Positions 21,557 through 32,358 of a stretch of 64,000 bases of DNA are shown piece by piece. The position numbers and the translations under genes were made by a program. How positions within the stretch are numbered: position 1 is the stretch's first letter; the number at the start of each line of letters is the position of its first letter. The notes under the pieces were generated by a model. The model was not told where the DNA came from and ran no database searches. It saw only the letters and a list, made by a program, of their open reading frames with translations. This DNA comes from an uncultured delta proteobacterium. GTDB lineage: Bacteria; Desulfobacterota; Binatia; UBA9968. Location: contig CAWFJP010000014.1 in the NCBI GenBank assembly GCA_963816145.1, forward strand, positions 32,001-96,000. The letters run 5' to 3'.

Positions 21557-22850
21557 TGATGGAGTGGTTCGGAGGTTGCCGACGTGATTGCGCGGCTATG
21601 AAGATTCTAAGTGGGAGCCCTGATGGGAAGGTTGATCTCTTACATTGCGGGATTGGCGCAACTGCGAGCGAGAGCGATGAAGAGCGCATTCCTCGGATTC
21701 TTTACGTTGGAGCCAGCTTTGGGTCGGTGCCCGCGTTGTTGCTTTACGGATGGCTGTTTCTCGACTTCGGCGCGCCGCTAGCGGCCCTGGCAATGTTCGG
21801 TTATCTTGCGATGGCGTTCTTTGCTTACTGCTTTTCGGCCTGACCAGGCGAAATTTCCACACCTATCTGAAGAATCTTTATCAGCGCCCATCTGCTGGCG
21901 TCATTGGCCAGTCACCTTGCGCTCGGCGGCATTGTGGCTTCGGCGGTGCACGCGGTATGGGGATTGTTGACGCCCCTGGGGCGTTGGTGTTGCTTACTCG
22001 CCGAGGGCGGCAATCCGATGGTTTTTGGCTTACCTAGTGCTGCTCGTGATCTGGGCTTTAGGTTCTCGTCAGGCGATCGGCCAACCGCTTCAATACGTTA
22101 CAACCGCGCGGGCTGGATTGCACCTAACGGTCATGAACATTACCGGCGTTTCGATTTTTGCCTTTGCGATTCTCTATTACTTTGTCCAACAGCGGGATCG
22201 GCTTTTTCACCTGCTGCGCGACGAGACGGGAACGATCGGAGGAACTGCTGCTCAATATCTTGCCGAAGGACATCGTGGCAATCCTGAGAGATCGACCGCA
22301 AACTATCGCGAATCAATTTGACGGCGCGACGATTCTTTTCGCCGACGTGGTGAACTTCACGCCGCTGGCAGCCGAAGATGACACCTAACGCAGATCGTCG
22401 AACTGCTAAATCAGGTATTCTCTTACTTCGACACCTTGGTCGATAAATACGACGTCGAGAAAATTAAAACCATCGGCGACTGCTATATGGTCGCCAGCGG
22501 AGTTCCCCGGCCGCGGCACGATCACGCTCAGGTGTTGGCTCGCCTGGCTTTGGAAATGCGCGATTTCGTCGAGTGCCATGAATTTAACGGCGAGCGACTG
22601 GAATTACGTATCGGGCATAAATTCCGGTCCGGTGGTTGCCGGAGTCATCGGTCAGAAGAAGTTCATCTACGATCTATGGGGAGACGCGGTGAACACGGCG
22701 AGCCGCATGGAATCTCACGGCGGCGCCGGCATTATTCAGATCACCGGCGCAACCTACGATCTGATCGGCAATGATTTTGTTTGCGTGCCGCGCGGCAAGA
22801 TCGAGGTCAAAGGCAAGGGCGAAATGGAAGTGTGGCAGGTGATGCGTTGA
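21557..22850 (+). CDS. Membrane-anchored class III adenylate/guanylate cyclase (several frameshifts)
   Basis: [63 protein letters not shown] spread over consecutive ORFs. Confidence 0.85.
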
Positions 22851-23010
22851 TGAAGCGTCGGAACGTATTCCGTGATCTTTGTCTCTCGAGTGGTGCACCC
22901 GTAGCGGATTCTTGGCCTGCAACTCATAATTGAATTTTAGCGCGAGCGGTTTGCTCGCTCGATCTTTCGGCGCTATTACTCAGAAATTCTTTTTTACGGG
23001 CTGCCTCAAC

Positions 23011-24423
23011 GTGGAATCGCGCATAAATTATCTGCTTCTGGCTACCGCACTGCTCGGCACATTTTTTTCCGGCACGGCGACGCGAATTGTTTCCATCTCC
23101 ATGCCGACGGTGGCGCAGAGCTTGGGGACGGACTTGCTCGGGATGTCATGGGCGTTGCTGTCCTATCAGCTTTCCAACATCGGCCTGTCGGTGGTGTTCG
23201 GCCGCATTTCGGATATCTGGGGACGGGAGAAGATGTTTGCCGTGGGATTTCTGGTTTTTGCCGTCAGTTCTTTGCTCTGCGGCTTTTCCCAAACGGTTTT
23301 GCAGCTGATCGCCGCGCGCTTCATTCAAGGCGTCGGCGGGGCGATGTTGCAGTCGTCGAGCCGGGCGCTAGCGTCTGAGGCGGTGAGCGAGGACCTTGCC
23401 GGCAGGGCGCAGGGCTTCATGACCACGGCGCATCATGTCGGATTTATCCTCGGCCCCGGCATCGGCGGGGTGATGATCGATTATTTCAGCTGGCGCTGGA
23501 GTTTTTTCTTATTGGCCCCTGTCGGTTTTGCCGGCACGCTGTTGGCGTTGGCAAATATGAAGCGCGGACGGACCGCAATCACCCATCATCAAACCGGAAC
23601 CATCGATTACCTGGGTGCGGCGCTGCTGTTTGCGATCACCAGCGCGTTGGTGTTTCTCTTCGACCGGCGCACCCAGCATGCGGTCGGCGATGGCATGCGC
23701 ACCCTGTTGATCGGCATATTCCTTTCGTCGCTAATCGGATTTCTAGTGCACGAGTCGCGCGCTCGAAATCCTTTTGTCAATTTGCAGTTGTTCAAGATTC
23801 GGCGCTTTAGCTTCAGCGTGATCAGTTTGTTGATCGTCGCCATGTGCTACTCGTTGACCGGATTTCTCTTGCCGTTTTACCTGCAGGATATTCTCCATCT
23901 GTCGCCAACCCGGATCGGTATCTTGTTCATGGCGCCCTCGGTGCTCACCGTGGCGCTGGCACCGTTGAGCGGTTACTTAGCCGATCGTCTTGGACCTCGT
24001 ATCCCCGCCACTGCCGGTGTTGTGTTCATGATTATTTCCCTGGCTATCGGCGGGCTGCTGCGGGTCGACTCGCACTGGCTGATGCCGACACTATTGGTCG
24101 TCGTCGGCGCCATCACCAATGGCATATTCAATCCCGCCAACTCGACGGCGATGATCGCCATGATGGCGAAGGAGCATCGCGGCTTCGCTTCGGCGATCAA
24201 TCACGTGACCTTCGGTTTCGGCAATGTGTTCGGCGTGGCGCTGGGCGGTTTATCCATGTCGTTGGCTTTCGAGCATTACACCGGTGTGAAGGCCATGGCC
24301 TTGACCACCGTGAATGCCGCGGGATTCGTCGCCGCACTCAATCTGACGTTCGTGGGCGCGATCGTCTTGACGCTGATGGCGGTCGTCACCTCGGCGATGC
24401 GCGGCGCCGAGAAGCCGGGCTGA
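23011..24423 (+). CDS. MFS transporter, DHA2 (14-TM) type
   Basis: FGRISDIWGR motif A, ARFIQGVGGAM, GPGIGG; hydrophobic throughout. Confidence 0.88.
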   Translation: MESRINYLLLATALLGTFFSGTATRIVSISMPTVAQSLGTDLLGMSWALLSYQLSNIGLSVVFGRISDIWGREKMFAVGFLVFAVSSLLCGFSQTVLQLIAARFIQGVGGAMLQSSSRALASEAVSEDLAGRAQGFMTTAHHVGFILGPGIGGVMIDYFSWRWSFFLLAPVGFAGTLLALANMKRGRTAITHHQTGTIDYLGAALLFAITSALVFLFDRRTQHAVGDGMRTLLIGIFLSSLIGFLVHESRARNPFVNLQLFKIRRFSFSVISLLIVAMCYSLTGFLLPFYLQDILHLSPTRIGILFMAPSVLTVALAPLSGYLADRLGPRIPATAGVVFMIISLAIGGLLRVDSHWLMPTLLVVVGAITNGIFNPANSTAMIAMMAKEHRGFASAINHVTFGFGNVFGVALGGLSMSLAFEHYTGVKAMALTTVNAAGFVAALNLTFVGAIVLTLMAVVTSAMRGAEKPG

Positions 24424-24576
24424 CGCGCGTGATTCCAAATTACAAATTTCAGATTCCAGACTAACATCCCAGCGGCCGGCGGGGTAGTATGTTGCCGCCA
24501 ATGGAACTTGGTTTGTAATCGATCTTCGATCTGGGAATAATTCGGCCAGTTTGCGCGGTTTATAAGGAGGCGGCTC

Positions 24577-25536
24577 ATGAGCGATAAGATCGTTTATCTC
24601 AACGGCACTTTTGTGCCCGAGAGCGAAGCCAAAGTCTCGGTGCTCGATTCCGGTTTCAATGCCGGCGACGGGGTTTACGATGTCACCCGCACTTTCGCTC
24701 ATCAACCTTTTCGCCTGCGCGCTCATACCGCGCGGCTGTTCCGATCGCTGCGCTACACGCGCATCGACTGCGGACTGTCCCTAGAACAGATGGAGCAGGC
24801 GACGCTCGATGTGCTCGAACGTAACAGGCCGACGCTGGCCAAGGACGAAGAGGTGGCGATCTGGCAGGTGGTGAGTCGCGGCGTGCGCTCGTCGCGCGGC
24901 AACCATGCGCTCAGTAAAGCGACGGTGGCGATCTACTGCATTTCCATTGGCTTTGAAGAATTCGCGCGCGACTATCTCGAAGGGGTGAAGCTGGTCATTC
25001 CGTCGACCCGGCGGATTCCGCCGCAGTGTTTGGAGCCCAAAGCCAAGATCAACAATAAAATGAATCACAATATGGCGATCTTCGAAGCGCGGCAGGTGGA
25101 TCCCCATGCGATCCCGCTGATGCTCGATCTCGACGGCAACATCAGCGAATCCAACGCGCATAACTTTTTTCTCGTCCTCGACGGCAAGCTGTGCACGCCG
25201 TCAGATAGGAATGTGCTCGACGGCATCACCAAGAAAGTCTTGCACGAACTGGCGGCGAATCTGGAGATCGAAGTCGTCGAAGGCAATTTCACGCCCTACG
25301 ACGCTTACAATGCCGAAGAGGCATTTCTCGCCAGCACCAGCCCGACCATCCTGCCGGTGCAGAGCATCAACGGTGTCAGGCCGACCAAGGAGATTCCGGG
25401 GCCTATTACCAGACGGCTGATTCAAGGCTGGAACAAGCTGGTGGGGCTGGACATCGTCGAGCAAGCGCTGGGGCACCTGGAATCCGCTGAGCGTGATCGT
25501 TTGTTAAAAGAGTGGCGGAGCAAGAGTGCGTGCTGA
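24577..25536 (+). CDS. Class IV PLP-dependent aminotransferase/lyase (IlvE/PabC-like)
   Basis: DSGFNAGDGVYD, AKIN lysine, GNISE, VLDGIT, EAFLAST. Confidence 0.88.
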   Translation: MSDKIVYLNGTFVPESEAKVSVLDSGFNAGDGVYDVTRTFAHQPFRLRAHTARLFRSLRYTRIDCGLSLEQMEQATLDVLERNRPTLAKDEEVAIWQVVSRGVRSSRGNHALSKATVAIYCISIGFEEFARDYLEGVKLVIPSTRRIPPQCLEPKAKINNKMNHNMAIFEARQVDPHAIPLMLDLDGNISESNAHNFFLVLDGKLCTPSDRNVLDGITKKVLHELAANLEIEVVEGNFTPYDAYNAEEAFLASTSPTILPVQSINGVRPTKEIPGPITRRLIQGWNKLVGLDIVEQALGHLESAERDRLLKEWRSKSAC

Positions 25537-25592
25537 CGTCGAGATAGTCGAGACCACTTGGCGGTCTTGATCCTCGTGTTGTTGCTCCGCGG

Positions 25593-26471
25593 TTACTCGG
25601 GAGCGCGGATTTCGATCATCACCGCCTCGGCATCGGCGCCCCAGCGTATTGGCAGAAAGACACTGCCCAAACCGCGCGATACAACGAGTTGAGATTTGCC
25701 GAAGCAATAGACTCCTTCGTCCAAACAGTAGCGGCTTTGACGGATGATCGCTGGTCCGTTGGGCAAGCGGATTTGGCCGCCGTGGGTATGTCCGGAGAGG
25801 GTCAGCGGTATGCCAAGTTTCTCGGCTTCGTAGAACTGGTCGGGGTTATGCGCCATCAGAAGATGCGGCGGCCCATGTTTCGCGGTTAGGCGATCCCAAT
25901 CGGGCCGGCCCATGATCCGGTCGTCGATGCCGCCCAAAACGAAACTGGCAGCGCCATGGGAGACGACCGCGCTGTCGTTCTTCAATGTGCGGATGCCGAT
26001 GGCGGCCAGATCGCTGCACAACTCCTCAGGGTCGCCGCCGAAGTAGTCGTGGTTGCCCATGCAATACCACGCGCCTAAGGGCGCCCGTGTCAGCGTCACT
26101 AGGCGGTCGAGAATGCGCTCCGCCTCGCTGACATGACCGGTGACCAGATCGCCACCAATGACAACGAGATCCGGCTCGAGTTCCATCAACTGGCAGAGTA
26201 TCTCCCACAGCGTTTCGGGCGGCAAAAAAATTCCCGCGTGAATATCCGTGATCAGCAGCACGCGCAGCGGCGCCATGCCGGCAGGCCAACCGGCGGGTGA
26301 AAGCTTTGTTTCGGCGAGCTCGAAGCGCCGCGCTAGCTGCCAACTATAGGGATTCCACATCTTGCCGAGCAGCGGATAAATAAAGCGTGAAATGCTTATG
26401 TCGGCGTAGCGCTCGCACAGTTTGATCAACCCCCGATTGGGATTCATCAGACGGCGTTCCTTACCCGTCAT
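25593..26471 (-). CDS. Metallophosphoesterase (YkuE-like)
   Basis: TDIH, GGD, GNHD, AHNPD, SGHTHGGQ. Confidence 0.88.
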   Translation of the reverse strand: MTGKERRLMNPNRGLIKLCERYADISISRFIYPLLGKMWNPYSWQLARRFELAETKLSPAGWPAGMAPLRVLLITDIHAGIFLPPETLWEILCQLMELEPDLVVIGGDLVTGHVSEAERILDRLVTLTRAPLGAWYCMGNHDYFGGDPEELCSDLAAIGIRTLKNDSAVVSHGAASFVLGGIDDRIMGRPDWDRLTAKHGPPHLLMAHNPDQFYEAEKLGIPLTLSGHTHGGQIRLPNGPAIIRQSRYCLDEGVYCFGKSQLVVSRGLGSVFLPIRWGADAEAVMIEIRAPE

Positions 26472-26747
26472 CGCGCGCGGCGGCGCCAGTTGTCGTCGTT
26501 TGAGAATGGCAGTAGCTCTCCGGTTGTCAAAGTCGCCGCGCTGGCAAGGCGGGTTACGGCACAATTCAATGTGCCGGATTTCCGCGGCAGAGACAACGTT
26601 GGGAGTAAGAGCGGCTCGGCAAGCTCATGTTCCAAGTATGATCGCGCGATCGGCTGGAAGCCTCCGTGGTTTATTTGCCGTGGCGCAACTAGGTACGTTG
26701 AGGAGTGCCCCAAGGTAGTCCCGGGGCCACGGTAAACTTGTTCTCCG

Positions 26748-27492
26748 TTAAGCAGGAGCGGGGCGAGTCGTGAAGGAGTTTTTCGCCAGGCGCAAATAGT
26801 CGAAGACGGCGCGGATGTTTCTGTTGAGGCGGCGCATTTTCTGGGTGACGTTTTTGACGCCTTTGGATTGGAGGAGACCGATGGCAAAGCGGCGTAGGCG
26901 TGAAATATTCTCAGGGCCGTAGCCGGTGCGAATGCGACAGCGGTCCTCATCGAAGGCCCAATCGAGAACGTAGTGGCAGCAGTTTTCGATGGTCCAATGG
27001 CCCCGGTTGATTTCGAGCAAGCGCTGGGGCGAGGCCTGCCCAGGAGAACGGCTGGTAATACCGTAGGCGATTTCACGGGAAGTCTTGCCGGTTTTTTTGT
27101 TGAGGGTAATCCGTTCGATGGCAAAGGCTTGGCCGAGGTGAGGGAAGTTGAGATAAGCGTTGAGTTCAGTGGTGGTCCAGATTTGCCGAGTTTCAATGCG
27201 GCCATGATCGGGCGGGTCGTGCATGACAAACTGGGGTTGATGGCGATCGTTGAAGAACAGCACGAGATCGTCAAGGAGCGAGGGCTGATTGGCTTTAACC
27301 GTGAAGTGGTAGTGGGCTTTGCGGGTGCGGACCAAGTAGTCGGCGAGTTTACGTTGGGTGAGAAGGGCATCGGCGGTTAAGTCTTTGCCACACAGATCGA
27401 GGTCATCGAGGAGTGGAATGGCCATGCCGATCTCGTTGGTTTGTTTTAGCTCAGAGGTGTCGCCATGGGCGGGCAGCGAGCCGACTTTTTTT
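26748..27492 (-). CDS. IS ORF B: ISAs1 transposase C-terminal catalytic part, -1 frame relative to ORF A
   Basis: KVGSLP...TNEI...TADALLTQ, VKANQP, HGRIETR, RGHWTIEN..HY.LD..FDED. Confidence 0.88.
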
Positions 27493-28540
27493 GGGTGTAG
27501 CAGATCTTGGAGTGGTGGCCGACCACGCTCATGACGTGAGTTTGATGGTCGTTGTGATCAAGGGCGTTGCGCATGGTTTTGCCGTCGATAGCGAGGGTAG
27601 AGTCCTGTTGAGCAAAGGCTTGATTGTAACGGTTTAGAGCTTTTTCGAGATCGCTGGGAGCCACCCGGATCATGACATCGCGGATGATCGACTCGCTGGG
27701 GACGAGGTATAGTCCGTTCACGTAACGGCAGCGAAATCTCTGGCGGGCCCGAGGCGAGAGGCTGTGGGCCCAGTCGGCGATGGCCTTATAGCCGCGCATG
27801 CCACACAGAGTAGCGGCACAAACAATGGCCAGGACGCAAGCGAGCGAATGGCGTCGTCCTTGGGCGCGGCGCGGATCGGGGATATCGGCAAAGAAGTCCC
27901 AAAGCGAGAGCATCTGTTGCGCGGTGAGTTTCATTTTCACAACTCCTTGGCGATACGGAACTGGCAAGACGCAGGCAGCGAGCAGGGAGCGGGCCTGTTG
28001 GTGTAAGGACTTAACGAAGACTTTTTTCGGTGCGATAGCGGTGTTGCTGTAGCCCTGAGGGGTGCGCCGATAACCACGGGTCAGCCCGAGATAGCTCCAG
28101 TTGGCGGATTGATAGACCGTGCCGACAAAACGTTGGGGGTCGACGAAGGTCTCCAGCAGCAGTAAGGAATGGCCAAAGCGCTCTTGCCAGTCGGCGCACA
28201 GCCGCTTGTGACACAATGATAGAATCTTGGAGCCGAGATTACGGTGGTGCCAATCGGGGAGGATTAAAAACCGGCTGTTGTTGGCGATCAGTTTTAAACG
28301 GTCGTAGTCGTACTGATGGTGCAAGTCCCAGCCGATCCACTGATCGCGCACGGCACATTTCCAGGCGGCGGCTGAAAACGTCAACAGTGCAATCCACTGA
28401 TCGTGATAGGTGGCCACGTACCACAGGGTCTGACCGATCTTGGGTAGATAGCCCAAGTAGTGATGTTCGGTCATCAGGCGACGGTGCAGCGACTCTTCGC
28501 TGCGCTCTGCCACACGGACTTGAACTTGGTCGAGCTTCAA
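27446..28540 (-). CDS. IS ORF A: DUF4338/DruA-like domain fused to ISAs1 transposase N-terminus
   Basis: HHYLGY...RDQWIGW...NNSRFLILP...LLETFVDP.RFVGTVYQSANW; then IPDPRRAQGRRHSL...AIADWA...IDGKTMR. Confidence 0.85.
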   Translation of the reverse strand: MKLDQVQVRVAERSEESLHRRLMTEHHYLGYLPKIGQTLWYVATYHDQWIALLTFSAAAWKCAVRDQWIGWDLHHQYDYDRLKLIANNSRFLILPDWHHRNLGSKILSLCHKRLCADWQERFGHSLLLLETFVDPQRFVGTVYQSANWSYLGLTRGYRRTPQGYSNTAIAPKKVFVKSLHQQARSLLAACVLPVPYRQGVVKMKLTAQQMLSLWDFFADIPDPRRAQGRRHSLACVLAIVCAATLCGMRGYKAIADWAHSLSPRARQRFRCRYVNGLYLVPSESIIRDVMIRVAPSDLEKALNRYNQAFAQQDSTLAIDGKTMRNALDHNDHQTHVMSVVGHHSKICYTQKKSARCPPMATPLS

Positions 28541-28762
28541 CGCTTGCGGCTTCTGCCTTTTCTCGCAAAGTCAGAACCGTTATACAGGATTGTGCAGGGG
28601 ATGTCCAGTTGTATCGAGAATCTTCTTACTCACCGCGAGGTTTATTGCCAGGACAAATTCACCCTGGTCCCGGGGCGAATCGCCTTGACTTTGCGCAGGT
28701 GATTCCCGTATTTTCACTCGCACGATTCGACCCTTGAAGCGTATTTTATCAAGGAGAATTTT

Positions 28763-30379
28763 ATGAAGCGATTTTTCCAGATCCATGGGTTGCTGCCGGC
28801 GGCTAGATTTCTGCCGTTGATGGCATTGCTTCTAATGATTGCGGGTTCAGCGACCGCGGCCGAAGCGCCGCATCCGGGCGGAGAGTTGGTCTTCGCCGTC
28901 GGCGAAACCCCACCGTCTTACGACGGCCACCGCGAAACCACGTTCGGTATGCTTCATCCGGTGGCGCCCCATTACAGCACTCTGCTGCGTTTCGATCCGC
29001 AGAACTATCCGAAGATCGTCGGCGACGTGGCTGAAAGCTGGACGTCGTCGCGCGACGGCTTGACGGTCACCTTCAAGATTCGTAAGGGCATCAAGTTTCA
29101 CGATGGTTCAGCGCTGACCGCTCATGACGTCAAAGCGACCTACGACAAGATCATCTTCCCGGCCGAAGGGGTCGCTAGCGCGCGCAAGGCGTTGTATGCA
29201 ATGGTCGACAAGATCGAAGCGCCAGATGACTTTACGGTGGTCTTCAAACTCAAGCATATCGCCGCGTCGTTTCTCGCCAACCTGGCGTCGCCGTGGAACT
29301 TCATTTACAGCGCGGCGAAGCTCAAACAAGATCCGCGCTGGTACGAAAAAAATGTCATGGGCTCTGGCCCTTTTATCTTTGTCGAGCATGTCGCCGGTTC
29401 GCACTGGGTCGGCAAGAAAAATCCCAATTACTTCATGGCTGGCCGGCCGTATCTCGACGGCTTCAAGGCGGTATTCATTCGTGACACCGCGCCGCGGGTG
29501 GCGGCGGTGCGCAGCGGTCAGGCGATGGTGGAGTTTCGCGGCTTCAATCCGGCGGCGCGTGATGACATCGTCAAATCGCTCGGCAAAAAGGCGGTGGTCC
29601 AGGAGAGTCCCTGGGCGTGTAATATTTTAGTCGCTTTCAACAACGAGAAGAAACCATTCAGCGATCCGCGTGTGCGCCGCGCTCTGACGCTGGCGATCGA
29701 TCGTAACGAAGCGTCGAAGGCGTTGGCGCAGATCTCAGTGATGAAATTTATCGGCGGGGTATTTCGGCCAGGATCGGAATTCGCAACCCCGCCGGCCGAA
29801 CTCAGCAAGTTGCCCGGTTTCGGCTCGAACATCGACGGCGCGCGCGCCGAGGCCAAGCGCTTGCTCAAAGAAGCCGGCGTCGCGGAAGGGTTCTCGTTTG
29901 TGCTCAAGAACCGCAATGTCAAGGAACCCTATGAAGTCAGCGGGGTTTATTTAGTCGACCAGTGGCGCAAGATCGGTCTCAATGTGACGCACCAACCGCT
30001 CGAGGGCGGGCCCTATTTCAACGATTTACGCCAGGGCAATTTCGAAGCGGGCGTCGACTTCGATTGTGAATTCATGGACGAACCGGATCTTTATCTGCTC
30101 AAGTACTTGAGCAGCGACAAGAGTCCGGTGAATTACTCGCGCTACAAGGATCCGACCCTCGACGAACTCTACGAGCGGCAGAGCCGCATGTTGGACTTAA
30201 AGGATCGTTTACCGATCATCCGGCAGATGGAAAAGCGCGCGATCGGCGATCAGGCGTATCAGTTTCCATTACTTTGGTGGCAGCGGGTGATTCCGCATAA
30301 CAGCCGACTCAAGGGCTGGAAGATTGGGCCGAGTCACTACGTCAACCAAGACCTGCGCGATGTCTGGTTGGGGCAGTGA
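28763..30379 (+). CDS. ABC peptide/nickel-type (family 5) substrate-binding protein
   Basis: GIKFHDGSALTAHDV, GSGPF, PFSDPRVRRAL. Confidence 0.9.
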   Translation: MKRFFQIHGLLPAARFLPLMALLLMIAGSATAAEAPHPGGELVFAVGETPPSYDGHRETTFGMLHPVAPHYSTLLRFDPQNYPKIVGDVAESWTSSRDGLTVTFKIRKGIKFHDGSALTAHDVKATYDKIIFPAEGVASARKALYAMVDKIEAPDDFTVVFKLKHIAASFLANLASPWNFIYSAAKLKQDPRWYEKNVMGSGPFIFVEHVAGSHWVGKKNPNYFMAGRPYLDGFKAVFIRDTAPRVAAVRSGQAMVEFRGFNPAARDDIVKSLGKKAVVQESPWACNILVAFNNEKKPFSDPRVRRALTLAIDRNEASKALAQISVMKFIGGVFRPGSEFATPPAELSKLPGFGSNIDGARAEAKRLLKEAGVAEGFSFVLKNRNVKEPYEVSGVYLVDQWRKIGLNVTHQPLEGGPYFNDLRQGNFEAGVDFDCEFMDEPDLYLLKYLSSDKSPVNYSRYKDPTLDELYERQSRMLDLKDRLPIIRQMEKRAIGDQAYQFPLLWWQRVIPHNSRLKGWKIGPSHYVNQDLRDVWLGQ

Positions 30380-30527
30380 ATGAAGGCAACAGGCAAAAGT
30401 TCAAAGGTAAAAGACAAGACTGGGCGGATGATCGATGATTGAGGATCGAGAATAGAGAATCGACGATTCCGCAGTCAGTCGTGCGCCATTCTCCCTCCTC
30501 GATTCGCTACCCTCGACCCGGTAGAAA

Positions 30528-31481
30528 ATGAGCCGATACATTTTCAAGCGCTTGCTGCTGATGATTCCGACGTTGTTCGGCGTCGCCCTGCTGGTATTTT
30601 TTCTCCTGCGCGTGGCCCCCGGCGATATTGTCGAACTCAAGTACGCCGGAAGCGGCACGTTTGCGCCCAAGGAGGCGCTCGATCGCGAGCGCGCCCAATT
30701 GGGCCTCGATCGACCCTTAGCGGAGCAGTTCGCCAGCTGGATCGCCGGCATCGCGCGTTTCGACTTCGGTATTTCAATGTGGACCGGGCGGCCGATCACC
30801 GAGGAAATCAAGATCCGTCTGGAACTCAGTGTGCAGCTGGCCCTGATGGCGACGTTGGTGGCGGTGTTGATCGCTATTCCCGCCGGTACGCTGGCAGCGC
30901 TTAAGCAGGATACCTGGATCGATTACCTCGTGCGCATTGTTTCCATCGGCGGCCTGGCAATGCCGTCGTTTTGGCTTGGCATCGTGATCATTCTTGGCTT
31001 TCTCATCGTTTTCAAATGGATGCCGCCATTGACGTTTACCTCCTTTTGGATCGATCCATGGGCCAACCTCACCCAGATGATTTGGCCCGCGCTGGCGGTT
31101 GGCTACCGCTACTCGGCGATGTCGACGCGTATGACCCGGTCGGCGGTTCTCGAGGTGCTGCGCGAAGATTACGTGCGCACGGCGCGAGCCAAGGGCTTGT
31201 TGGAGAGCGCCGTGGTGATCAAACACGCGCTGCGTAATGCGCTGTTGCCGGTCGTTACCGTGATCGGTCTTGAGTTCGCCTTTTTGATCGGCGGACTGGT
31301 CGTCACCGAGCAGGTGTTTAACTTGAACGGCATCGGCATGTTGTTCGTCGAGTCGATCACCCACCGCGATTACACCATGACCCAAGCCTTGGTGTTGCTG
31401 GTATCGTTCGCTTTTATTTTCATGAACCTGCTGGTCGACTTGCTTTACGCCTACCTCGATCCGCGGATTCATTACCAATGA
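30528..31481 (+). CDS. ABC peptide-type permease (DppB-like)
   Basis: EDYVRTARAKGL...KHALRNAL. Confidence 0.92.
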   Translation: MSRYIFKRLLLMIPTLFGVALLVFFLLRVAPGDIVELKYAGSGTFAPKEALDRERAQLGLDRPLAEQFASWIAGIARFDFGISMWTGRPITEEIKIRLELSVQLALMATLVAVLIAIPAGTLAALKQDTWIDYLVRIVSIGGLAMPSFWLGIVIILGFLIVFKWMPPLTFTSFWIDPWANLTQMIWPALAVGYRYSAMSTRMTRSAVLEVLREDYVRTARAKGLLESAVVIKHALRNALLPVVTVIGLEFAFLIGGLVVTEQVFNLNGIGMLFVESITHRDYTMTQALVLLVSFAFIFMNLLVDLLYAYLDPRIHYQ

Positions 31482-31491
31482 GTCCGCGCCA

Positions 31492-32346
31492 GTGATCCAT
31501 TCCTCTGCTGCCACTGCATTGCGCATGTTCATTTCCCGGCGCTCCTTGGGCGCCGCCGGCGCGTTGATTATCATTGTGATGGCGCTGGCTGCGCTCTTGG
31601 CAAATTGGCTCGCACCCTACGATCCGTTGGAGAACGATTTCAGCGCGATGTTGCAGGCGCCAGGGTGGCATCATTGGCTCGGCACCGATTCCTTCGGCCG
31701 CGATGTCCTTTCACGGATACTTTACGGCGCGCGCACGGCGCTATGGATCGGTTTCTGTTCGTCCATTATCGGCACGACCGCGGGCACGATCATCGGCGTC
31801 TCAAGCGCGTATTTCGGCGGGCGCGTCGATTTGTCGACGCAGCGCTTGATGGATATTCTTTTGTCATTTCCTTTGATCGTGCTGGCTTTGGTTGTAGTGG
31901 CAATCATGGGATCGGGGATCTGGAACGTGATTTTCGCGATCGCCGTGCCGATGATCCCGCGCGCCGCCTTGGTGGTGCGCAGCAGCGCGCTGGCGCTGCG
32001 CCAGATGCTGTTTGTCGAAGCGGCTTTGACCCTGGGCTCGAGCCATTGGCGCATTATCTTCCGCCATATGCTGCCCAATGTCATGGCGCCGTACTTGATC
32101 CTACTGACTGCGTTCTTAGGTCAGGCGATTTTGCTCGAAGCGTCGCTGTCATTTCTTGGCTTGGGTGTCGCCGAGCCGGTGGCGGCGTGGGGCTTGATGC
32201 TGCGCGGCGCCGCGGTGGAGTTCGCAGAACGGGCGCCGTGGATGGCGCTGTTTCCGGGAATGGCGATCAGTCTGGCGGTTTTCGCCTTCAATATTTTCGG
32301 CGACTCGCTGCGCGATGCGCTCGATCCCAAATTGCGTCTGCCGTAA
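31492..32346 (+). CDS. ABC peptide-type permease (DppC-like)
   Basis: HWLGTDSFGRDV, FVEAA, GDSLRDALDPK; start uncertain. Confidence 0.9.
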   Translation: MIHSSAATALRMFISRRSLGAAGALIIIVMALAALLANWLAPYDPLENDFSAMLQAPGWHHWLGTDSFGRDVLSRILYGARTALWIGFCSSIIGTTAGTIIGVSSAYFGGRVDLSTQRLMDILLSFPLIVLALVVVAIMGSGIWNVIFAIAVPMIPRAALVVRSSALALRQMLFVEAALTLGSSHWRIIFRHMLPNVMAPYLILLTAFLGQAILLEASLSFLGLGVAEPVAAWGLMLRGAAVEFAERAPWMALFPGMAISLAVFAFNIFGDSLRDALDPKLRLP

Positions 32347-32358
32347 CGGCGCGCCAGG

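Larger units (their letters stand above)
26728..28666 (-). mobile_element. ISAs1-family insertion sequence (1939 bp)
   Basis: 10-bp direct repeat GTCCCGGGGC at 26718-26727 and 28667-28676; imperfect TIRs CACGGTAAACTTGTTC / CAGGGTGAATTTGTCC (12/16); ISAs1 transposase motifs inside. Confidence 0.93.

Noticed and set aside
26728-28666. A complete Druantia defence system
   Set aside because: Only a DruA-like domain is present, inside an IS; no DruE helicase or other dru genes nearby
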